From Venenivibrio stagnispumantis (GTDB lineage: Bacteria; Aquificota; Aquificia; Aquificales; Hydrogenothermaceae), in the NCBI RefSeq assembly GCF_900182795.1, contig NZ_FXTX01000010.1:1-55222 (forward strand): a stretch of DNA of 55,222 nt, written 5' to 3'. The notes beneath the pieces were generated by a model that saw nothing but the letters and a program-made list of their open reading frames with translations, did no database searches and was not told the origin of the DNA. Positions 41,411 through 54,787 of this stretch are shown piece by piece; the first letter of the stretch is position 1, and every line of letters begins with the position of its first letter. Position numbers and translations under genes: made by a program.

Positions 41411-42292
41411 ATGAAGGATTTTATCACAAAAAATCTGTTTGGGATAAGTTTTGCAATATCAATATTTATTCATATCTTGCTTTTTGTTTCTCTTTATTTT
41501 TTATCGGTAAAACCTGAGAAACCACAAGAAGAAAAGGTTATAACAGTATCAATAGAAGAAGCTTTAAAATCTGAAAAACCAAGGCTTCCTAAGATAGAAA
41601 AACCAATTCCATCACTACCACAGGAAGAAATCAAAAAGCCAAAACCACCTGAAGAACCAAAGCCTGAAAAAAAACCGGAGATTAAGCAAGAAACAAAACC
41701 GGAAGAAGAACAAAAACCTAAACCAGAACAGCCTAAACCTCAAATAAAACTGGAACAATCAATAACTACTAATAAACAAACAAAACCGGAAGAAGAACAA
41801 AAGCCTAAACCAGAACAATCCAAACCTCAAATAGAGCCGGAACAATCAATAACTACCAATCAAGAAACGAAAAAAGAAGAAAAAATAGTATCACCAAAAC
41901 AGGAAACAAAACCTACTCAACAACAGCCACAACAACCTATAGATATAACAAAAGGAAAAACAGATAAGTTTGAAACATTACCAAAAAAAGAGGAAGATAT
42001 AGATGGATATCTTAAAGAGTTAATAAGATATTTAAATGAGGTTGCAAGGGAAAGAGATTTATATCCACCTCTCGCTAAAAGATTAAAAATAGAAGGAGAA
42101 GTGGTCGTTAGAGTAACAATTAATGAAGATGGAACTATTGATGAAAACTCTATAAAGATAGTAGAAGGAAGCGGTTATAATGTATTGGATAAAGGAGCAA
42201 TAGAAATTTTGAAGAAATTATCACCATACAAAAAACCTCCTAAAAAAATAACCGTTGAAATTCCTATAGTATTCCAAATAATAAATATGTAA
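41411..42292 (+). CDS. tonB: TonB-family energy transducer (Pro/Glu/Lys-rich linker + C-terminal TonB domain)
   Basis: N-terminal TM helix, (KPEEEQKPKPEQ) linker, C-terminal 'YPPLAKRLKIEGEVVVRVTINEDG'. Confidence 0.8.
   Translation: MKDFITKNLFGISFAISIFIHILLFVSLYFLSVKPEKPQEEKVITVSIEEALKSEKPRLPKIEKPIPSLPQEEIKKPKPPEEPKPEKKPEIKQETKPEEEQKPKPEQPKPQIKLEQSITTNKQTKPEEEQKPKPEQSKPQIEPEQSITTNQETKKEEKIVSPKQETKPTQQQPQQPIDITKGKTDKFETLPKKEEDIDGYLKELIRYLNEVARERDLYPPLAKRLKIEGEVVVRVTINEDGTIDENSIKIVEGSGYNVLDKGAIEILKKLSPYKKPPKKITVEIPIVFQIINM
41694..41867 (+). repeat. two tandem copies of an 87-bp (29-codon) in-frame repeat in the tonB linker
   Basis: TKPEEEQKPKPEQ[P/S]KPQI..EQSITTN repeated with ~90% nt identity; partial third unit follows. 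Confidence 0.75.
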
Positions 42293-42354
42293 AGCAAAAA
42301 GCTCAAATTTATGATATTCTAATTATTTCAAATTTTTATATAGGAGGTATAAAA

Positions 42355-43557
42355 TTGGCAAATATCGCTATCACTACCCTTGATTTTCAAAAAGTTTCAG
42401 AACAACCGGTTGAGATTGTTGAAAGAAAAGGGACAGGACATCCGGATACAATATGTGATGCATTAGCTGAAGAGCTGTCCATAGCTTTATCAAATCTTTA
42501 CAGAGAAGAATTTGGAGCTATTATGCACCACAATGTAGATAAAGCCTTACTTATAGGTGGTATTGCTGACCCACAATTCAAAGGTGGTAAAATTATAGAG
42601 CCTATAGAGATATATTTAACAGGAAGAGCAATAGATGAAAAAGGAAATAAAAAATTACCGGTAAAAGAGCTTGCAATAGAAACAGCCCATAAATGGTTAA
42701 AGGAAAATATTCCAAATTTAGATATAGCAAATCATGTTATTATCCATCCTAAGTTAAAACCAGGAAGTAAAGATTTAGTAGAATTATTTGAAAGATTCCA
42801 GCTTAAAGGAGAAATTCCTTTGGCTAATGATACATCTTTTGGTGTTGGATTTGCTCCATTTTCAGATATAGAAACAATTGTTTATGAACTTGAAAGAGCT
42901 TTAAACAGTAAAGAATTTAAAAAGGAACATCCATATGTAGGAGAAGATATAAAAATAATGGGTGTTAGAAACAATGATAATATAAGAATAACAATAGCTA
43001 TGGCTTTTGTTGATAAATATATAAATGATATAAAGGATTATGTAGAGAAAAAAGAGATTGTTACAAATTATGCATACTCAATAGCAAAAAAATTAACAAC
43101 AAAAACTGTGGATATATTTATAAATACTGCTGACGATATAGATAATCAATCTGTATATATAACAGTAACCGGAACATCTGCAGAAGCAGGAGATGATGGA
43201 CAGGTTGGAAGAGGAAATAGGGTTAATGGTTTAATCACACCTTATAGACCTATGAGTTTGGAAGCTGCAGCGGGCAAAAACCCTGTTAGCCACATAGGAA
43301 AAATTTATAATACGGCTGCAATGGATATGGCAGAAAGAATAGTAGCAGAAATAGAAGAAGTGGAAGAAGTATATTGTTATCTTGTTAGCCAAATAGGTAA
43401 ACCAATTACAGAGCCACAAGTATGTGATGTTAAATTAAGAACATCAAAAGATATAAAAGGCATAGAAGAAAAAGTAAGAAAAATAGCCCAAGAAGAGATT
43501 GATAAACTCCCTGAAACTTGGAAAAAATTCTTAAATAGACATTTCAGATTATATTAA
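42355..43557 (+). CDS. archaeal-type S-adenosylmethionine synthetase (MJ1208/PF01941 class)
   Basis: '[15 protein letters not shown]','HHNVDK','[14 protein letters not shown]','[48 protein letters not shown]' are near-identical to archaeal MAT blocks as recalled; not bacterial MetK-like; TTG start. Confidence 0.85.
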   Translation: MANIAITTLDFQKVSEQPVEIVERKGTGHPDTICDALAEELSIALSNLYREEFGAIMHHNVDKALLIGGIADPQFKGGKIIEPIEIYLTGRAIDEKGNKKLPVKELAIETAHKWLKENIPNLDIANHVIIHPKLKPGSKDLVELFERFQLKGEIPLANDTSFGVGFAPFSDIETIVYELERALNSKEFKKEHPYVGEDIKIMGVRNNDNIRITIAMAFVDKYINDIKDYVEKKEIVTNYAYSIAKKLTTKTVDIFINTADDIDNQSVYITVTGTSAEAGDDGQVGRGNRVNGLITPYRPMSLEAAAGKNPVSHIGKIYNTAAMDMAERIVAEIEEVEEVYCYLVSQIGKPITEPQVCDVKLRTSKDIKGIEEKVRKIAQEEIDKLPETWKKFLNRHFRLY

Positions 43558-43568
43558 TCTTTTTTACT

Positions 43569-43594
43569 ATCCTCTCCTTTCGGAGAGGATTTTT
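43569..43594 (+). terminator. rho-independent terminator after the MAT gene
   Basis: ATCCTCTCC-TTTC-GGAGAGGAT hairpin + TTTT; immediately followed by TGATATAAT extended -10. Confidence 0.6.
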
Positions 43595-43625
43595 GATATA
43601 ATATCTTTCAAAAAAGAGGATTTTT

Positions 43626-43937
43626 ATGGAGATTTTACTTTATACTCCTTTATTTTTTGTCGGTTTTATAGCCGGAATATTATATTTTAGTCATATGTGG
43701 AAATCTATACATACATTTGGAACAGACAAATCTAAGGTATTTCTTAGCATGATACTTAGAGTTCCTATTCCTATAATAGCTTCTTTTATTGGTTATTTTA
43801 TAGCCGGATTAAATGGTATACTTTCTGTTTTAGCCGGATTTACAGTATTTCAAACAATTTTTTTAATAAAAAAATGTAAAGATTTAAAAAATCAAGTAGA
43901 AAAAGAATTTAGCAATGAAAATAACAACCAAAATTAA
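43626..43937 (+). CDS. hypothetical small membrane protein
   Basis: 103 aa, 3 predicted TM helices, no recognised motif. Confidence 0.4.
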   Translation: MEILLYTPLFFVGFIAGILYFSHMWKSIHTFGTDKSKVFLSMILRVPIPIIASFIGYFIAGLNGILSVLAGFTVFQTIFLIKKCKDLKNQVEKEFSNENNNQN

Positions 43938-44409
43938 AGCAAAATTTAGCAGATTTATTGAAAATTTAAATAATAATCTTCTTTCTTTTTTTGAAGGATT
44001 TTATACTTTAACCCATCTATTTCTTGCTGTTGTATTGGTTGTAATATCTATTGGTATATTTGTTTGGTTTATTCATGATGTTATAGGATTTATAAAATCT
44101 TTATTCTCTTTTAAAGGAAATATTTCTTCTGCTGCTTTTAGATTGCTCGGTATTGCTATTTTACTTTGGCCATTATCAGGTCTTTTAAAAGCACAGATAG
44201 AACTCTTAAAAGGAAATCCTATCTCAATAACAATATGGATAGATATAGGTATATCAGGGGCTATAAGAGCAATTTTACTTACAACAGCAGAAGGTGGAGA
44301 TATAAAAGAAAATTATTATTATATAGTAATAGCATTTGGTCTTGCTATTATTAGACTTTTAGTTGTGTATATGGAGTATCTTCAAAGGAAAGGAGAAGAA
44401 ACAAAGTGA
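43915..44409 (+). CDS. hypothetical membrane protein (PsiE-like topology)
   Basis: 164 aa, 4 TM, 'IGISGAIRAILL' resembles the PsiE family; weak. Confidence 0.35.
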   Translation: MKITTKIKAKFSRFIENLNNNLLSFFEGFYTLTHLFLAVVLVVISIGIFVWFIHDVIGFIKSLFSFKGNISSAAFRLLGIAILLWPLSGLLKAQIELLKGNPISITIWIDIGISGAIRAILLTTAEGGDIKENYYYIVIAFGLAIIRLLVVYMEYLQRKGEETK

Positions 44410-45176
44410 TTTTAGAATATTTGGGGGCTTTTATTCTTGGTTTATCTGTAGGAAGTTTTTTAAATGTGGTGATATATAGAATGCCTATGGAAAAATCCAT
44501 CATATACCCACCATCTTCCTGTCCAAATTGTGGATATAGATTAAAATGGTATGATAATATACCGATTATCTCTTATTTAATATTAAAGGGAAGATGTAGG
44601 AATTGTGGAGTAGAGATTAAAATAATCTATCCTTTAGTTGAACTACTTACCGGTATTCTTTTTGTTTTTGCATTTGCAAAATGGGGATTAACAATAGATT
44701 TTGTATTTTATGCTTATTTTATAGCATCTATGATAGCTATAGCATTTATTGATTTAAAACATTTTATTATTCCGGATAAAATTAATTTTGCCGGTATATT
44801 AATGGGATTTATATTTGCATATTTAAGACAGGATTTTACAGTTTTAGATGCTTTAATCGGTGGATTGGTAGGTTCATTATTTTTACTTGCTATTTATTTT
44901 CTTTATCTTAAGGTTAGAGGGATAGAAGGGCTTGGAATGGGAGATGTTAAGATGCTTGCTTTTGTAGGCACATTTACCGGATATTTTGGAAGTTTATTTG
45001 TTATATTTATAGGTTCTTTACTTGGTGCTATAATCGGGATTTTGCTTTTAAAAATTCAAGGAGAAAAAGATTTAACTAAAACTGTTTTACCTTTTGGTCC
45101 TTTTCTTGCAATTGCTTCAATAATATATATCTTTTTTGGAGAATATATAAGATCTTGGTTTTTTGGAGGTATGTGA
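44406..45176 (+). CDS. pilD: type IV prepilin peptidase (A24 family)
   Basis: N-terminal Cys tetrad 'CPNCGYRL...CRNCG', 'FIDLKHFIIPD', 'GMGDVKML'; GTG start. Confidence 0.88.
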   Translation: MILEYLGAFILGLSVGSFLNVVIYRMPMEKSIIYPPSSCPNCGYRLKWYDNIPIISYLILKGRCRNCGVEIKIIYPLVELLTGILFVFAFAKWGLTIDFVFYAYFIASMIAIAFIDLKHFIIPDKINFAGILMGFIFAYLRQDFTVLDALIGGLVGSLFLLAIYFLYLKVRGIEGLGMGDVKMLAFVGTFTGYFGSLFVIFIGSLLGAIIGILLLKIQGEKDLTKTVLPFGPFLAIASIIYIFFGEYIRSWFFGGM

Positions 45177-45505
45177 TGAATTACAAAATAAAATACAAGA
45201 TATGGTTTGAAAAAGATGGAGAGATAGTAATGGGTCATGGTAGAGAAGAGCTTTTGAGAAAGATAGATGAGGTTGGCTCTATAAAAAAAGCAGCTGAAGA
45301 ACTTGGGATAACATATAAAAAAGCTTGGGAATATATTAATGCAATGGAAAAAAGATTAGGTGTAAAACTATTAGAGACACAAAGAGGAGGAGCAAAAGGT
45401 GGTGGTTCTAAATTAACAAAAGAAGCAAGGAAAATTTTGGAAGATTTTAAAAGAGTTGAAAATGAGTTTGAAAAATTAAAAAATAAATTAGAAAAAAATG
45501 GATAA
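45176..45505 (+). CDS. ModE-N-terminal-like winged-helix regulator (molybdate-responsive regulator N-domain/LysR-type HTH)
   Basis: 'YKIWFEKDGE...GHGREELLRKIDEVGSIKKAAEELGITYKKAWEYIN'; ATG overlaps pilD stop (TGATG). Confidence 0.7.
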   Translation: MNYKIKYKIWFEKDGEIVMGHGREELLRKIDEVGSIKKAAEELGITYKKAWEYINAMEKRLGVKLLETQRGGAKGGGSKLTKEARKILEDFKRVENEFEKLKNKLEKNG

Positions 45506-45821
45506 AAGGCAAATATATTTTGGATTTCTTTTTTCTGTTTTTATAATTATTGCAATTTTGATTTTACTTTTTAGAAAAAGCTCAAATTTAAATTTAGAAA
45601 ATAGCTATATATTTATAATATCCCTTACTTCATTTATTTTGCCATTGCTTTTATTTTATAGAAAAAAAATCTCATTTATTAAACTCTGTTTAATCGGGTA
45701 TATACCGGCAATTGTTGGTTTTATCATATCTTTAATTAATCAAAACTATTTTTATTTTTTTGTTGCTTTTCCTATTTTTGTATTATCTTATATAGTTATT
45801 ATTCCTTTTGAGGAAAATTAG
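45498..45821 (+). CDS. hypothetical membrane protein
   Basis: 107 aa, 3 TM helices. Confidence 0.4.
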   Translation: MDKRQIYFGFLFSVFIIIAILILLFRKSSNLNLENSYIFIISLTSFILPLLLFYRKKISFIKLCLIGYIPAIVGFIISLINQNYFYFFVAFPIFVLSYIVIIPFEEN

Positions 45822-46280
45822 ATGGAAGATTTTGTAAAAATTATTGAAGAAGAAAGAAAAAAAGGGAAGAAAATTGTTTTTACAAATGGCTGTTTTGATA
45901 TAATCCATGCAGGACATGTTGATTATTTAGAAAAGGCAAAAAAACTCGGAGATTTTTTGGTAGTTGGTCTTAATTCTGATAACTCTGTAAAAAGATTAAA
46001 AGGAAATACAAGACCTATAAATCCTCAGGAATACAGAAAAAAAGTTTTAGAAGGATTAAAGGCAGTTGACCTTGTGGTTATTTTTGAAGAAGATACTCCG
46101 GAAAATCTTATAAAAGCTATAAAACCGGATATTCTTGTAAAAGGTGGAGATTGGAAAATTGAGAATATAGTTGGGGCTGATTTTGTAAAATCATATGGCG
46201 GTCAGGTATTAACAATTGATTTTATATACGATATATCAACATCTAAAATAATTAAAAAAATTTTGGAAAATTCAAAATAA
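45822..46280 (+). CDS. cytidylyltransferase-like nucleotidyltransferase (RfaE domain II/HldE C-terminal-like, D-beta-D-heptose 1-phosphate adenylyltransferase family)
   Basis: '[17 protein letters not shown]', '[16 protein letters not shown]', 'KGGDW'. Confidence 0.8.
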   Translation: MEDFVKIIEEERKKGKKIVFTNGCFDIIHAGHVDYLEKAKKLGDFLVVGLNSDNSVKRLKGNTRPINPQEYRKKVLEGLKAVDLVVIFEEDTPENLIKAIKPDILVKGGDWKIENIVGADFVKSYGGQVLTIDFIYDISTSKIIKKILENSK

Positions 46281-46828
46281 TGGGACTTGCAAATAAACTA
46301 ACATTACTCAGAATTTTTCTTGTACCGGTTTTTATTATATTCATAGGATATAATGAACCTTTATATGCCTTAATTACCTTTTTGGTAGCCGGATTAACAG
46401 ATGCCTTAGATGGTTATATTGCAAGGAAAAGAAATGAAGTTAGTTACTTTGGAAAAATTATAGACCCTATTGCAGATAAAACTTTAATAATATCTGCTTT
46501 TATATTCATATATAACTCAAATTTTATTCTTAAATTTCCTTTTTGGTTTGTTGTATTAGTAATAAGTAGAGATATCTATATTTTAGCCGGAAGTTTTTTA
46601 ATTTATCTAATAAGAGGAAGCCTACAAATAAAACCATCTATTTTTGGAAAAGCAACAACATTTTTACAGATATTCATCGTTTTAATTGTTTTAACAATTA
46701 ATATTTTTCCTCAGATAAAAGAGCTTTATTTTATTTATCAGATATTTTTATATTTAACTACAAGCTTTATAATTATATCCTTGCTTCATTATAGTTATGA
46801 AGGTTTTAATCAGATAAAAAATTACTGA
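46280..46828 (+). CDS. CDP-alcohol phosphatidyltransferase family protein (second paralog in window)
   Basis: 'GLTDALDGYIARKRNEVSYFGKIIDPIADK' D-G-x2-A-R...G...D-x3-D. Confidence 0.8.
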   Translation: MGLANKLTLLRIFLVPVFIIFIGYNEPLYALITFLVAGLTDALDGYIARKRNEVSYFGKIIDPIADKTLIISAFIFIYNSNFILKFPFWFVVLVISRDIYILAGSFLIYLIRGSLQIKPSIFGKATTFLQIFIVLIVLTINIFPQIKELYFIYQIFLYLTTSFIIISLLHYSYEGFNQIKNY

Positions 46829-47852
46829 GTATTTCGTAATTTCTTTTAACTGAATCTATTGAGACATACTCATTTTTTTGATGGGCTTGTGCTGTATCTC
46901 CCGGTCCAAAATTTATTGCATCTATATTATATTGGGACAATCTTCCTACATCTGTCCATGCTTGCTTTGCTTCAATTGGAAGATTATATTTTGATATAAA
47001 ATCTTTTAATATCTGATTATCAAGAGGAACTTTTCCGGAAGGAGATATATCTGTAAATTCTACTTTTGCTTCATTATTTACTATATCCAAAAGCTCTTTT
47101 TTTGCTTGCTCTATACTTTTTCCGGGAGCGAACCTATAATTTACATTTATCTCAAATTTATCAGGGATTATATTTCTTCCACCGGAATAATTCACCATTG
47201 TTGCATTCATAACTTCATAATAGCTAAGTCCATAAAATTCAACTTTTCTATATCCAAAATTTGCCAATCTTTCTAAAAATTTATATGATTTATGAATAGC
47301 ATTTTCTCCTTCCCAAGGTCTTGCAGAATGGGCTCTTTTTCCTTCAAAAATTACCCATGCATGCATTGTTCCAAGACATCCAACCTGTATTTTATTATTA
47401 GTTGGTTCAAGGGCTATTGCTAAATCAGATTTTTGTATAATATCATAATTTTGAAGAAGAGGTTCTAAACCATTCTCAACATAAGGACCTTCTTCTTTTT
47501 CATAAAATACATAAATTAGGTTATATTTTGTATTTTTTAAGTTTTCTATCAGGGACATCATTACTGCTAAACCGGATTTCATATCACTGGCACCAAGGCC
47601 ATATATCTTTCCATCTATAATTTGACCTGTAAAATCATTTATTCCCGGAACAGTATCAAGATGTCCCAACAATGTTATTGTTTTTTTTGATTTATCTAAA
47701 TCTTTAAAAAATATGATAGAATTATTATATCTTACAATATTTCCTTCAAATTTTTTTAAAAAATTTTCTACATAATCTGCAATCTCTTTTTCATTTCCTA
47801 TAACAGAAGGTATTTTGACTAAATCAACAAGATAATTTATAAGATTTTCCAT
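46806..47852 (-). CDS. M20-family metallopeptidase (DapE/ArgE-like deacylase)
   Basis: 'LGHLDTVP', 'GLGASDMKSG', 'EEGPYVENG'; 348 aa. Confidence 0.8.
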   Translation of the reverse strand: MENLINYLVDLVKIPSVIGNEKEIADYVENFLKKFEGNIVRYNNSIIFFKDLDKSKKTITLLGHLDTVPGINDFTGQIIDGKIYGLGASDMKSGLAVMMSLIENLKNTKYNLIYVFYEKEEGPYVENGLEPLLQNYDIIQKSDLAIALEPTNNKIQVGCLGTMHAWVIFEGKRAHSARPWEGENAIHKSYKFLERLANFGYRKVEFYGLSYYEVMNATMVNYSGGRNIIPDKFEINVNYRFAPGKSIEQAKKELLDIVNNEAKVEFTDISPSGKVPLDNQILKDFISKYNLPIEAKQAWTDVGRLSQYNIDAINFGPGDTAQAHQKNEYVSIDSVKRNYEILSNFLSD

Positions 47853-47857
47853 ATCTT

Positions 47858-48652
47858 TTACTCTAAGAATAATTCTTTTGAGTATCCAAGCTTTTCCGAT
47901 AATTGATTTGCTGTATCTATAAATAAATCTTTTATTTCTGTAAGTAATTTATCAAAAGATATTCTATAAGCCGGAAAAGATAAAGTTACTGCTGCTATAA
48001 CTCTACCGGTATAATTTCTAACTGGTACAGATAAACATCTTACTTCTTTTTCCCATTCTTCATCATCTATTGCAAAGCCATTTTTTTTCACTTCTTGCAA
48101 CTGCTTAATTAATTTTTCTTTATCTGTTATTGTGTTTTCTGTATATGGAACAAATTTAACTTCTTTAAAAAATTCTTCCAATTCTTCCGGTTCCATATCT
48201 GCAAGATGAACTTTTCCTGAAGCAGAAGCATACATAGGAAGCAATCTTCCAACCCGTGATTTAACAACTACAGTTCTATTTACTTCATAAGCATCTATAT
48301 ATACTATTTCAAAACCTGAACGAATTGCTAAATAAATATTTTCATTTACTGTTTCACTTAGTTTTTGCAAATAAGGTTTCGCTATATCTCTTATTTCTGT
48401 ATGTGATAGATAAGAATGACCGATTTCAAAATTTTTTATACCAAGATAATAAACTTTTTTCCTTTTGTTAAAATCTACATATCCTCTTTCTATTAAAATT
48501 TCTATGATTTTTTCTATTTGATTTGAAGATACATTGAGTTTTTCTTCTATTTCTTTTAATTTTAATGGGGCTTTTTTGGCAAGAAGTAGCAAAATGTCAA
48601 AAGCTATATCAACATGCTGAACTATATAATCTGTTTTTTCTCTTTTTTTCAA
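47858..48652 (-). CDS. IclR-family transcriptional regulator
   Basis: N-terminal wHTH, C-terminal effector domain with 'YASASGKVHLA'. Confidence 0.85.
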   Translation of the reverse strand: MKKREKTDYIVQHVDIAFDILLLLAKKAPLKLKEIEEKLNVSSNQIEKIIEILIERGYVDFNKRKKVYYLGIKNFEIGHSYLSHTEIRDIAKPYLQKLSETVNENIYLAIRSGFEIVYIDAYEVNRTVVVKSRVGRLLPMYASASGKVHLADMEPEELEEFFKEVKFVPYTENTITDKEKLIKQLQEVKKNGFAIDDEEWEKEVRCLSVPVRNYTGRVIAAVTLSFPAYRISFDKLLTEIKDLFIDTANQLSEKLGYSKELFLE

Positions 48653-48688
48653 ATTTTTTATTTCCCCGAGGCTATTTTTTGTTAAAAG

Positions 48689-48764
48689 CGGAGCCGACGG
48701 GATTCGAACCCGCGACCTCCTGCGTGACAGGCAGGCGTTCTGGGCCGAGCTGAACTACGGCTCC
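48689..48764 (-). tRNA. tRNA-Asp (anticodon GTC)
   Basis: manual cloverleaf: acceptor GGAGCCG/CGGCTCC, anticodon loop CTGTCAC, T-loop TTCGAAT; no encoded CCA. Confidence 0.9.
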
Positions 48765-48777
48765 GTTTTATTTATAG

Positions 48778-48851
48778 TGGGCGGTAGAGGAGTCGAACCT
48801 CTGACCCCCTCCTTGTAAGGGAGGTGCTCTGGCCAGCTGAGCTAACCGCCC
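48778..48851 (-). tRNA. tRNA-Val (anticodon TAC)
   Basis: manual cloverleaf: acceptor GGGCGGT/ACCGCCC, anticodon loop CTTACAA, T-loop TTCGACT. Confidence 0.9.
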
Positions 48852-48868
48852 AAATGCGAGTAAATATA

Positions 48869-48894
48869 TTATACCAAAACTTTTATTCTGTCAA
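48869..48894 (-). promoter_or_regulatory. candidate promoter for the tRNA-Val/Asp pair (TTGACA-14nt-TGGTATAAT, extended -10)
   Basis: on minus strand TTGACA (48894-48889) and TGGTATAAT (48877-48869), ~18 nt upstream of tRNA-Val 5' end. Confidence 0.45.
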
Positions 48895-49098
48895 GTATTT
48901 TTCTTTAAGATTTATATCATACTTGATATTTCTAAACCAGATGATTGCTTCTTCTTTTGTATCAAAAGTTTTAGATTTAAAAGGATGTTCATATTTTGTA
49001 AAAAATAACCATATATATTTACCATCTTCTTCTACTAACTGGACTGCTGATAAATTCTTTGTATATATCCATAAATTCTCATTTATCTCTATAAACAT
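48883..49098 (-). CDS. hypothetical small protein (71 aa)
   Basis: ORF only; Trp/Tyr-rich, no recognised motif; lies between the UDG operon and the tRNAs. Confidence 0.3.
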   Translation of the reverse strand: MFIEINENLWIYTKNLSAVQLVEEDGKYIWLFFTKYEHPFKSKTFDTKEEAIIWFRNIKYDINLKEKYLTE

Positions 49099-49102
49099 AT
49101 TT

Positions 49103-49330
49103 TTATCCTTCTTTTTGATGAACCTCTTTATGCTTTTTTCTAAGCCAATTAAAGAATGTTAAAGCTAAAATAATAAGAGAGACAGTCGCCCCAATAGATT
49201 TAGCTATTAATAAATCTGTATTATAAATTCTATATATAGAAAACCATATAAAAATGTAAGTAAGGTATAAACCATACAATAATAATGCTATTGAAAAACC
49301 TTCCCATAAAACTTTTGTAATTATATTCAT
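49103..49330 (-). CDS. hypothetical small membrane protein (75 aa, 2 TM)
   Basis: ORF overlapping UDG stop by 4 nt; two hydrophobic helices. Confidence 0.4.
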   Translation of the reverse strand: MNIITKVLWEGFSIALLLYGLYLTYIFIWFSIYRIYNTDLLIAKSIGATVSLIILALTFFNWLRKKHKEVHQKEG

Positions 49331-49956
49331 CCATCACTCCTTGCTAATTCTACTACTTTTTTAATATCTTCAAAAAATGTTCCTTCTTCTTTTGGATTTC
49401 TAAGTACATAAGCAGGATGATATGTTAAAAAAACTTTTTTTCCTTGCCATTCTAATATTTTACCTCTTTCTTTAGTTATTTGCACTTCTCTTTTTAATAT
49501 TCCCCTACATGCAGTAGCACCAAGTAAACATAATACAGATGGATTTATAATCTCTATCTGTCTTAATAGATATGGAAGACATGCTTCCTGCTCTTCTATT
49601 GTTGGTGTTCTGTTGTTTGGAGGTCTACATTTATTTATATTTGCTATATAAACATCTTCTCTTTTTAGACCGGCATTTTGTATTGCTTTTGTTAAAAGCT
49701 GACCGGCTCTTCCTACAAATGGTCTTCCAAGCCTATCTTCATCTGCTCCCGGAGCTTCTCCTATAAACATTAATTTTGCATCCGGATTTCCTTCACCGAG
49801 TACTGCTTGGGTTCTACTTAAATGCAAATCACATTTTGTGCATTTTTGAATTTCTTCATTTAGTTGTTTTAATAGCTCTTCTTTTGTGTTTTTCACAAAT
49901 ATTTCTTCAAATCCAAGCTCTTTTAAAATTTTTAAATTATTTTCTAAATTCTCCAT
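49327..49956 (-). CDS. family-4 uracil-DNA glycosylase (thermophile-type, Fe-S)
   Basis: 'CTKCDL' Cys cluster, 'GEAPGADED', 'GRPFVGRAGQLL', 'NINKCRPP'. Confidence 0.88.
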   Translation of the reverse strand: MENLENNLKILKELGFEEIFVKNTKEELLKQLNEEIQKCTKCDLHLSRTQAVLGEGNPDAKLMFIGEAPGADEDRLGRPFVGRAGQLLTKAIQNAGLKREDVYIANINKCRPPNNRTPTIEEQEACLPYLLRQIEIINPSVLCLLGATACRGILKREVQITKERGKILEWQGKKVFLTYHPAYVLRNPKEEGTFFEDIKKVVELARSDG

Positions 49957-50173
49957 TAAGAAATTTTATCATAAGATTTATTAAATATAAACTGTCCTAT
50001 TGGTATTGCATGTAATAGATGAAAAATTATAGAAGTCGCAATACTTATCTTTTTGTAGCCCATATTTATCTCTCTTTTACCTGTATCTATATTTTATCAT
50101 CTATTGTGCTAAATACCATTTTTAATATTTAAGTTGCATAAAAGATAACAACGGATTAAAATAAAAGATATAA

Positions 50174-54048
<3,875 letters not shown>

Positions 54049-54050
54049 AA

Positions 54051-54704
54051 ATGTTTACCGGATTAATAGAAGAAGTAGGAAAAGTTGAAAATATAAATAA
54101 TAGTTATAAAGATATGAAACTTAGTGTAAAAGCAGATAAAGTTTTAGAAAATACAAATATAGGAGATAGTATAGCTGTAAATGGTGTTTGTTTAACAGTT
54201 ATTAATATTCAGAACAAAAATATAACATTTGATGTCTCAAATGAGACTTTAAACAGAAGCAATTTAAAATTTTTAAAAATAGGTGATTATATCAATCTTG
54301 AAAGGGCATTAAGATTATCTGATAGACTCGGAGGGCATATTGTTCAAGGTCATGTTGACACCATAGGAAAAATAGCTACTATGAAAAATTTCGGTAATCA
54401 TACAGAGCTTATTATAGAAATTCCGGAGGATTATAAATATTTTGTCATAGAGAAAGGTTCAATAGCAATAGATGGCATAAGCTTGACAATTAACTATATA
54501 CAAAATAACAAAATATCAATAAATATAATACCCCATACATATCAAAATACCAATTTAAAATATAAAAAAGTTGGGGATTTTGTTAATATTGAGTTTGATA
54601 TTCTCGGTAAGTATGTATTAAAATTTATATCCGGAATAGACATAATAAAATCAAAAGATGAGAAGTTAAAGGAACTACTAAATGAGCTAACAACAGCACC
54701 TTGA
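54051..54704 (+). CDS. ribE: riboflavin synthase alpha chain
   Basis: 'MFTGLIEEVG', duplicated 'NGVCLTV'/'DGISLTI' barrels. Confidence 0.92.
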   Translation: MFTGLIEEVGKVENINNSYKDMKLSVKADKVLENTNIGDSIAVNGVCLTVINIQNKNITFDVSNETLNRSNLKFLKIGDYINLERALRLSDRLGGHIVQGHVDTIGKIATMKNFGNHTELIIEIPEDYKYFVIEKGSIAIDGISLTINYIQNNKISINIIPHTYQNTNLKYKKVGDFVNIEFDILGKYVLKFISGIDIIKSKDEKLKELLNELTTAP

Positions 54705-54787
54705 TTTTTTAATCATATTTATCTATAATTACAGCATGAGAAAATTATTAAGAATTAGAAAAGCATCACCAATAAGGTTTAGTTGAA

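Noticed and set aside
48565-49162. Plus-strand ORFs 48565-48753 and 48824-49162 overlapping the tRNA genes
   Set aside because: They run antisense through two textbook tRNA cloverleafs and have junk-like composition.
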